Shown in pieces: positions 57,296 to 64,000 of a stretch of 64,000 bases of DNA; within the stretch, counting starts at the first letter, position 1, and the number at the start of each line of letters is the position of its first letter. A program made the translations under genes and the position numbers. A model generated the notes under the pieces. That model worked only from the letters and a program-made list of their open reading frames with translations, was not told the origin of the DNA and searched no databases. Source of the stretch: Dehalococcoidia bacterium (GTDB lineage: Bacteria > Chloroflexota > Dehalococcoidia > UBA2979); NCBI GenBank assembly GCA_965219085.1, contig OZ244720.1:2720001-2784000 (forward strand), written 5' to 3'.

Positions 57296-57973
57296 CTACT
57301 GTCCGGGGATTGGAAGGACTACTTCCTCGGGGCCCGCGCGGTCCGTCCACCACGTTGTCCGCCAATGTGTCGCGTTTGATTGAACCTTGTGGCGCGGACC
57401 CTCGATCGTGCTGTCGGGGAAGAATGGTGCATGCTTTTGCAGCACCCACTTGAGGATTCGGGTCCCACCCATGACCGGGACTTCCTGCATGTCCCACCCT
57501 GGTTTGTCTCCGAAGAATCCCGGCTCGTGTTCATCGAATGCCAAAGTGGCGCCTTCATGGCTGACTAGACTTACTTCCAAGCGGAATGCATTGATCAGCG
57601 CACTATCTTTCTCGTTCCGAAAGACGACCCAGGTATGATCGACTGGGTACGCGCTGCCACCGTCATGAAACTCGCTTGCACGGCGTACCTCGACGCTTAA
57701 TCTCTGATCCGGGAAGACGGTGCGGACTTCCAAGTACGCTGCCACGAGCGCGATGACTGCCGCGAGGACTCCGAAGAAGGCTACCCATGCTGAGGCTAGC
57801 CCAAGTGGAGCGGCCGGCCCTGGGGCCGGCCAAGGTGCCCAACCCGGTTTCGGCGTCGCCAGCAACAGAAGCACGAACGCTACGGCAGCAACCGCAAGCG
57901 CGAACCAGATCAACCAGATCGCACTACGATGCCCCCTCAGCAACGCTACTCGTGGCACTCGATGGCGGCGCAT
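57296..57973 (-). CDS. hypothetical membrane-anchored protein (foreign islet)
   Basis: Two TM helices then a soluble domain; A/T-richer codons; start uncertain. Confidence 0.55.
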   Translation of the reverse strand: MRRHRVPRVALLRGHRSAIWLIWFALAVAAVAFVLLLLATPKPGWAPWPAPGPAAPLGLASAWVAFFGVLAAVIALVAAYLEVRTVFPDQRLSVEVRRASEFHDGGSAYPVDHTWVVFRNEKDSALINAFRLEVSLVSHEGATLAFDEHEPGFFGDKPGWDMQEVPVMGGTRILKWVLQKHAPFFPDSTIEGPRHKVQSNATHWRTTWWTDRAGPEEVVLPIPGQ

Positions 57974-57990
57974 AGTGGGCCTCGCCGCGG

Positions 57991-58218
57991 TTACTCCTCG
58001 TACAGCTTCACCACCCGCACCGCATCCCCCGCCACGTCGATGCAGAGGTCGCACAGCGTGCACTCGTCGAGGTTGGCCTCGACCGTTTCGACGCGGGCCG
58101 CGTCGCCCTCGCCCTCGATGGTGAAGATGTCGACCGGGCACACCTCGGCGAGGCGGCCGCGGAGGTCCGCGTCCTGCTGTACCGAGTCGTCGATGTCGAC
58201 GCGAATGAACATCGCCAT
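57991..58218 (-). CDS. ferredoxin (single Fe-S cluster)
   Basis: VCPVDIF and CTLCDLC; first CxxCxxC absent. Confidence 0.85.
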   Translation of the reverse strand: MAMFIRVDIDDSVQQDADLRGRLAEVCPVDIFTIEGEGDAARVETVEANLDECTLCDLCIDVAGDAVRVVKLYEE

Positions 58219-58220
58219 GG

Positions 58221-59138
58221 TTAGGACCCGCTCCCGTTCGACGCCTCGATGCGCTCGCGGAGCAGCGCCGGTATCTCCTCGATGCGCTCCGCGACGGCGA
58301 TGCCGGCCGCCTCGAGGCGCGCGATCTTGTCGGTCGTCGTGTCCGCGCGGCCCTCGACGATGGTGCCTGCGTGGCCGAAGCGCATGCCTGGCATCTCGTC
58401 CATGAAGCGCCCGGCCATGAACGCCACCACCGGCAGCCGCGAGCCGTGTTCGGCGATGTGCTCGGCGAGCTGGGCCTCCATCGGCCCGCCCGGCTCCGAG
58501 TAGATCGCGAGGCCCTGCGTTTGCTCGTCGGCCTCGAACAGCGGCATCAGCTCGGCGTACGTCGAGCCGATGATGGCGTCGCCACCGATGGAGATTGCGG
58601 TGCTCACGCCGAGCCCGGCCTCCGACAGCGCGTTCGAGATCTCGGTGGTCATGCCGCCGGAGCGCGACATCACGCCGATGATGCCCGGCTGGAACGCGCG
58701 CTGCGTGGCGTCGGCGGCGCCGCCGATGCCGCCCATCTTCGACTTGCCCGGCGCGATCAGCCCGAGGCAGTTCGGGCCGATGATGCGGGTGCCCTCCTGC
58801 GCGGCGTACTCGACGGCGCGGGCGACCTCGGCGCGCGGGATGCGCTCGGTGACCACAACGATCAGCTTCACGCCCGCCTCGACCGCTTCGAGGATGGCGT
58901 CGGTCGCGAAGGCAGGCGGGACCGCGACGATGGCGCCGTCGATCTGCTCGCGCTCGGTGAAGGCGCGCACAGTGTCCTCGACGGGCACGCCGTGGACCTC
59001 GCGCCCCTTGCGGCCGGGCGTGACGCCGCCGACGACCTTCGAGCCGTAGTCGAGCAGCTCGCGCGTCATGGTGACGGCCTCGCGGCCGGTGATGCCCTGG
59101 ATGATGAACGTGCTGTCGGCGTCGATGAGGATGGACAT
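58221..59138 (-). CDS. sucD: succinyl-CoA synthetase alpha-like subunit
   Basis: IQGITG, GGVTPG, IGPNCLG, SRSGG, IGGD, FGHAG phospho-His. Confidence 0.85.
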   Translation of the reverse strand: MSILIDADSTFIIQGITGREAVTMTRELLDYGSKVVGGVTPGRKGREVHGVPVEDTVRAFTEREQIDGAIVAVPPAFATDAILEAVEAGVKLIVVVTERIPRAEVARAVEYAAQEGTRIIGPNCLGLIAPGKSKMGGIGGAADATQRAFQPGIIGVMSRSGGMTTEISNALSEAGLGVSTAISIGGDAIIGSTYAELMPLFEADEQTQGLAIYSEPGGPMEAQLAEHIAEHGSRLPVVAFMAGRFMDEMPGMRFGHAGTIVEGRADTTTDKIARLEAAGIAVAERIEEIPALLRERIEASNGSGS

Positions 59139-59140
59139 CG

Positions 59141-60346
59141 CTACGTCCCCTGCATCTTCGCGACGGCGCGCTGCGCCGCCTCGTGCATCGAGACCGAGCG
59201 GTCGACGTACTCCACGCCGTAGCGTTCGAGGATCTTGACGCCCTCTTCCTCCCACGAGCCGGGGATGCGGAAGATCGTGATCGCCTCGGCGGGGTCGTAG
59301 CCGGCCTCGATGACGCCCTTGATGACGCCGCGGGCCATGATGTCGACGCGCGTGTTGGAGACGACGTTCATCATCACCGCGATCTTCTCGACGCCCGGCT
59401 TCGACATCACGAGCTTCGCCAGCCCGGCGGCCTTCGCGACCGAGGGGTTGCCGCCGATCTCGCAGTAGTTGGCCGGCCTGCCACCGGCCGAGCGCACGGC
59501 GTCGAAGAGCGTGAGCGAGCCGCCGCCCGCGCCGATGATGAGCCCGAGGTCGCCGTCGAACTCGACGACGCGGCCCGCGACGCCGCGCGTGTCGGCGGCG
59601 TCGACCTGCGCGCCGGCGATCTCGAACTCCGTCGGCGGACGCGCCTGGCGCGTGTCCTCGTCGGCGACGCCGAGCTCGCCCAGCAGCGCTGCGTGCGCGC
59701 CGCGCGCCTCCTCCTCCATGTCCATGTGCGAGTCGAGCGCGAGGAACGAGCCATCCTCAAGGCGCCCGATCGGGTTGATCTCGGCGAGCGTGAGGTCGTA
59801 CTCGAGGAAGACGCGCGTGAGCGCGGCGACGATGCGGCTCAGCCGCCCGAGCGCGCCGCCGGTCACCCCTGTCTTCGAGACCGCGAGCTTCGCCTCGAAG
59901 TCCGAGAACGGCCGCAGGTTCGAGATGTGTGTGCGCGAGAGGTGCTCGGGGTGCTGCTCGGCGACCTCCTCGATGTCGATGCCGCCCATGTCGCTGAAGA
60001 TGACGACCGGGCGCTTGGCGCTCGCGTCCCACGTGACGGCGGCGTAGTACTCCTGCGCGACCGGCGAGGCCTGCTCGACGAGCACGCCCATCGGCTGCTG
60101 CCCGTTGATCTCGAGGCCGAGGATCGCCTCGGCGAGCTCGCGCGCCTCGTCGGCGGACTCGGCGAAGCGGACGCCGCCCGCCTTCATGCGGCCGCCGCTT
60201 AGCACCTGCGACTTGATGATGACGCGTCCGCCGATCTCCGAGGCGGCATTGGCGGCCTCGTCGGGGGTGGTCGCGAGGTGGCGTTGTGGGAGTGCGACGC
60301 GGTGGCGCGCCAGCACCTGCTTGGCTTCGTGTTCGTAGAAGCGCAT
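59141..60346 (-). CDS. sucC: succinyl-CoA synthetase beta-like ATP-grasp subunit, divergent
   Basis: MRFYEHEAK, KSQV..GGRMKAGGV, EINP; ligase loop GAGGGS...ANYCEIGGNP differs from canonical SucC. Confidence 0.7.
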   Translation of the reverse strand: MRFYEHEAKQVLARHRVALPQRHLATTPDEAANAASEIGGRVIIKSQVLSGGRMKAGGVRFAESADEARELAEAILGLEINGQQPMGVLVEQASPVAQEYYAAVTWDASAKRPVVIFSDMGGIDIEEVAEQHPEHLSRTHISNLRPFSDFEAKLAVSKTGVTGGALGRLSRIVAALTRVFLEYDLTLAEINPIGRLEDGSFLALDSHMDMEEEARGAHAALLGELGVADEDTRQARPPTEFEIAGAQVDAADTRGVAGRVVEFDGDLGLIIGAGGGSLTLFDAVRSAGGRPANYCEIGGNPSVAKAAGLAKLVMSKPGVEKIAVMMNVVSNTRVDIMARGVIKGVIEAGYDPAEAITIFRIPGSWEEEGVKILERYGVEYVDRSVSMHEAAQRAVAKMQGT

Positions 60347-60350
60347 CGGG

Positions 60351-61424
60351 CTACTCCTCGCTTACCGGCTCGTCGAGGCGGTAGAGCGCGGCCATCTGCG
60401 GGTCGCGGTCGGCGATGAGCTTCGCCACGTCGAGGATGACCTGGGCCTGCTTGTAGGTGGCGTCGTCCTGCATCTTGCCGTCGAGCATGACCACGCCCGA
60501 GCCGTCGCCCATGACGTGGTCGATGCGGCGCGCGAACGCCACCTCGTCGGGCGCCGGGCTGAACACGCGATTCGCGATCTCGACCTGGCTCGGGTGCAGC
60601 GACCACGCGCCGACGCAGCCCATCAGGAACGCCGCGCGGAACTGGTCCTCGCACGCCACGGGGTCGGCGATGTCCCCGAACGGGCCGTAGTACGGCAGCG
60701 CGCCCGCCTCGACGCAGGCGTCGACCATGCGTGCGATCGTGTAGTGCCAGAGGTCCTGTTGTGCGGTCGCGCGCGGTGCGTCCGGGTCGTCGGCGTCGGG
60801 GTCCTCGCGCACGAGGTAGCCCGGGTGGCCGCCGCCGACGCGTGTGGTCTTCATGCGCCGCGAGGCGGCGAGGTCGGACGGGCCGAGGCTCATGCCCTGC
60901 ATGCGCGGGCTGGCCTGCGCAATCTCGTCGATGTGGTTCACGCCGCCCGCCGTCTCGAGGATGGCGTGGATGAGCAGCGGCCGCTCAATCCCGTGCCGGC
61001 CCTCGAGTTGCGCGAGCAGCTGGTCGGCGTAGTGGATGTCCCACGGGCCCGTGACCTTCGGGATCATGATCACGTCGAGCGTCTCGCCGATCTCGCCGAC
61101 GAGTTCGGTGAAGTCCTCCAGCACCCACGGGCTGTCGAGGCTGTTGACGCGCGTCCACAGCGAGCAGTCGCCGAGGTCGGCGGTCTGGGCGACCTCGATC
61201 AGGCCGCGGCGCGCCTCGACCTTGCGGTCGGAGGGGACGGCGTCCTCGAGGTTGCCGACCAGCACGTCCACCGTCTGCGCCATCTGCGGCACGCGGGCGC
61301 GCATGCGCTCCTGCGAGGGGTCGAAGAAGTGCAGCGAGCGCGACGGGGTGATCGGGATCTCGCCGACGGGTGCGGGCGCTCCGAGCGCCAGCGGTTTGCG
61401 GAATTCGCGGGGACTGCGGCGCAT
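60351..61424 (-). CDS. mcl: malyl-CoA/beta-methylmalyl-CoA lyase, Chloroflexus type
   Basis: [48 protein letters not shown] as recalled for C. aurantiacus Mcl. Confidence 0.88.
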   Translation of the reverse strand: MRRSPREFRKPLALGAPAPVGEIPITPSRSLHFFDPSQERMRARVPQMAQTVDVLVGNLEDAVPSDRKVEARRGLIEVAQTADLGDCSLWTRVNSLDSPWVLEDFTELVGEIGETLDVIMIPKVTGPWDIHYADQLLAQLEGRHGIERPLLIHAILETAGGVNHIDEIAQASPRMQGMSLGPSDLAASRRMKTTRVGGGHPGYLVREDPDADDPDAPRATAQQDLWHYTIARMVDACVEAGALPYYGPFGDIADPVACEDQFRAAFLMGCVGAWSLHPSQVEIANRVFSPAPDEVAFARRIDHVMGDGSGVVMLDGKMQDDATYKQAQVILDVAKLIADRDPQMAALYRLDEPVSEE

Positions 61425-61551
61425 GAAGGGCCTCCACGTGTCGGCTGTTGTCGCGACCGCGCGAGGCGTGCGGCCGGTCCGGGGATACGGGCCGTCGGCA
61501 AGCTAGCGAGCGGCCGGGGTAGGGTCAACGCTTGGCTCGCGCGTGCCCATC

Positions 61552-62466
61552 CTACTCGCGCGTCGCCGCGTCCGCGCGTGGGCGACGGGTCAGCAAGCGG
61601 GGCCGCTCGGAGTCCAGGAACACGCGATCGAGCAGCGCCGCGGGCACGAGGATCGCGAGCCCGGCCGCCGCAAGCCAGAGCGCGTTGCGCACGCCGCCGC
61701 CCAGCAACGAGCTCGCGATCTCCCGCGCCTCGTTGCCGACCACGTCGTCCTCGCCCAGGAACCCGACCCCGACGCGCAGCGCGACCGTCGGCACGATCAC
61801 GAGCGCGGCCGCCGCGACCGCGACAGCGCCAAGCCGAACGAACCGGCCGAGCCCGACCGTGAGCAGCAGGCCCAGCGCGGCGAGGAGCACGCTCAACCGG
61901 CCGAGTGGGGAGACATAGTCCGCCCAGCGATCGTGGCGGTGCGCGGCCAGTCCGTCGATGACGGCCTGCATGAGGCCGGCGCTCGAGAGTCGGGAGACCG
62001 CGGGCAGGTCTCCGCTCGGGTCGGCGAACGCGCCGCTGCCCTCGGCCCGCACCAGCGCGGCACTCTCCGCGAGCAGGCTCGCGCGCAGCGCCGATGGCGT
62101 CGGCGCCCCGGACGCCGATACCTGCACGTCGAGCGGGTAGCCGGGCACGTCGACCGCCCCTCCGGCGGCGACCTGCGAGGCGATCCCGGCGCTGTGGACC
62201 TCGAGGAGCCCGTCGATCTCGGTGAGCACGGCGATCGCGCGCTCCAGCGCGGGCAGCGCAGCCTCCTCGCTGGTTGCCTGTGCGGCGCTGTAGGCGGCCA
62301 GCCAGGCGGCGAGCGTGAGCATGAGCAGCACAGCGGCGATCCAGCCGAGCACGTCGCGGATGCCGCTCCCGGGAGCGAACTCGGTGAAGCCCGGAGATGT
62401 CTCGCCCCAGTCCTCGCCCTCCTCGGGGTGCGGATCGATGGGCGGCAGCGGCCCGCGCGAGCTCAC
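61552..62466 (-). CDS. hypothetical membrane protein
   Basis: Several TM helices; GTGA overlap with the RDD gene stop. Confidence 0.6.
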   Translation of the reverse strand: MSSRGPLPPIDPHPEEGEDWGETSPGFTEFAPGSGIRDVLGWIAAVLLMLTLAAWLAAYSAAQATSEEAALPALERAIAVLTEIDGLLEVHSAGIASQVAAGGAVDVPGYPLDVQVSASGAPTPSALRASLLAESAALVRAEGSGAFADPSGDLPAVSRLSSAGLMQAVIDGLAAHRHDRWADYVSPLGRLSVLLAALGLLLTVGLGRFVRLGAVAVAAAALVIVPTVALRVGVGFLGEDDVVGNEAREIASSLLGGGVRNALWLAAAGLAILVPAALLDRVFLDSERPRLLTRRPRADAATRE

Positions 62467-63032
62467 GGGCGGCGCACCACTCGGGTACCGAGCAGGATTT
62501 CGGACGACGTGCGCCAGTCGCCGGGCATCAGGGCTCGCCACGAGCGTCTGCGCCACACGTTCATCATGATCAAGCCTATCCCGCCGCCCAGGAGCTCGAT
62601 GCAGTAGACGACTACTACCACGAGTATCGCGAGCGCTGCGTACACGAGCCCGGCCCCAACCAGGACCGTCGCCGTCAGCCACGCCCACAGCGGCGCTGAT
62701 ACCGGGTGCAACAGCAGCCTCGCAACACGTCGCCTCGGGCCGCCCTCGACGGCAAGCCCGAGCCGGGCCTGCCCGAAGGTGGCGCCGCGCAGGTACATGC
62801 GGCCGGCCTGCCACGCCGCCCACGCAGGTGCGGTCGCGCCGATGAGCGCGGCGGCCACCAGCGCGTCGCCGGCTGGCGCATCGTAGCGGCCCGCCTGCGT
62901 GCGCAGCAGGAGCCACCCGAGCGCCAGGAGCCCCGCCACGACGACCATGAGCAGTAGCGCCATCCAGTCGATCAACAGGGCGAGCAGCCCCGCTACGAAT
63001 CCGGGCTGCCGCTCGTCTCGGGTCTCGGCCAC
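62463..63032 (-). CDS. RDD family membrane protein
   Basis: LALLID, GATFGQ..LGL.V, GTRVV; TATGAT -10 box before GTG. Confidence 0.7.
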   Translation of the reverse strand: MAETRDERQPGFVAGLLALLIDWMALLLMVVVAGLLALGWLLLRTQAGRYDAPAGDALVAAALIGATAPAWAAWQAGRMYLRGATFGQARLGLAVEGGPRRRVARLLLHPVSAPLWAWLTATVLVGAGLVYAALAILVVVVVYCIELLGGGIGLIMMNVWRRRSWRALMPGDWRTSSEILLGTRVVRRP

Positions 63033-63100
63033 ACCGCGATCATACGGCCCGATGCCCGCGCGCGCGCTCACCGGGCGCGGCGGCGCGGTACGGTGGATCG

Positions 63101-64000
63101 GTGCAGTGGCCATCGATGTCTGTACGGGTCGCCGTCGCCGCGTTCGCGCTCGCCTTCGGGCTCTGGCTGAGCCTGTTCGCGCTGCGCGAGGCACGCGCCG
63201 GCGACGACTTCGACCTCGTCCGCTGGGAGTTCACTACTGTCGCGAACAAGGCGCTGTTCTCGATCGGCGCACCGGTCCGCGACGACCCGTCCGCCGAGGG
63301 CGCCGTGCGCCGCTACTTCAGCCTCGATGACCGCTACGGCGCCGAGGCGCGGAGGCTCGAGAACACTGTCGAGGCCGTGGTCGAGGGCCGCGTCGACGCC
63401 GCGATCCGCGAGGCGGGTATCGATTCCCCGTTCGGCTTGCCCGGCGCGCTCGCCGTCTGGCCACCGGTGGACATCGAGCTCACCCGCTCGCCGCGCGTGC
63501 TGGTCAGCTCGCCGCGCGCGGAGATCAAGCGTGTCGAGGATCGCCTGCTGCGCGCGGACCTCACCACGCGCGAGCGCGACAGCATCGAGCTGGGCGCGGA
63601 GGCGAGCGACCCCTCGATCTCCGTACTCGCCGTGCCCACGGGCGGCGTGGCGACGTACCCGGCGATCGTGCGGGCCTCGGCGAGCTACCGCTCGCTGGTC
63701 GCGACGGCCGCGCACGAGTGGGTGCACCACTACCTGGCCTTCTACCCGCTGGGTCGGGCGATCTACGAGGACCCCGACGGGCTGACCATCAACGAAACCG
63801 TCGCCGGCATCGCGGGAGACGAACTCGGCGAGATGGTGCTCGCGCGGCACGGTGACCCTGTCCCGCCTCGCGCGCCGACGACCGCGCCCACCATCGACCG
63901 CGACGAGGAGTTGCGGGAACTGCACACCGAGGTGAACTCGTTGCTCGCCGCGGGCCGGATCGCGGAGGCGGAACGGCGGATGGAGGAGGTACGGCAGCTC
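63101..64000 (+). CDS. exported HExxH zinc metallopeptidase-like protein, 3'-truncated by window edge (absent from ORF track)
   Basis: Signal/TM segment, GGVATYPA, AHEWVHHYL, INETVA. Confidence 0.75.
   Translation, partial: MQWPSMSVRVAVAAFALAFGLWLSLFALREARAGDDFDLVRWEFTTVANKALFSIGAPVRDDPSAEGAVRRYFSLDDRYGAEARRLENTVEAVVEGRVDAAIREAGIDSPFGLPGALAVWPPVDIELTRSPRVLVSSPRAEIKRVEDRLLRADLTTRERDSIELGAEASDPSISVLAVPTGGVATYPAIVRASASYRSLVATAAHEWVHHYLAFYPLGRAIYEDPDGLTINETVAGIAGDELGEMVLARHGDPVPPRAPTTAPTIDRDEELRELHTEVNSLLAAGRIAEAERRMEEVRQL

Noticed and set aside
57265-57988. 9-bp repeat cctcgccgc flanking the 57296 islet
   Set aside because: Too short and GC-rich to be significant here.

Overview
High-GC chromosomal segment whose gene content suggests a Chloroflexota bacterium, possibly Dehalococcoidia/SAR202-like (inference from CofC, a Chloroflexus-type malyl-CoA lyase, many acyl-CoA dehydrogenases and MFS transporters). 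Most of it is catabolic housekeeping: acyl-CoA metabolism, a molybdoenzyme large subunit, a ThDP enzyme/aldolase/dehydrogenase cluster, and mch/mcd/mcl with a divergent SucCD-like ligase. It also has two tRNA genes (Met-CAT, Val-TAC), an IS5-like fragment, a probable toxin-antitoxin pair and several small foreign-looking islets. Most noteworthy: (1) three spacer-less tandem arrays of 27-30 nt units at gene 5' ends, each unit with a 6-bp stem and 3-nt loop, two arrays linked by a compensatory base-pair change; (2) three tandem paralogous small ORFs with EGREEG tails; (3) a rhodanese with in-frame UGA at the catalytic Cys position (probable selenoprotein, truncated in the ORF track); (4) a circularly permuted CcdA; (5) a lone PD-(D/E)XK-like gene between perfect 39-bp direct repeats that duplicate a host gene's 3' end; (6) a tRNA-Val islet bounded by 17-bp inverted repeats. 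All calls come from reading motifs by eye; no database searches were run.
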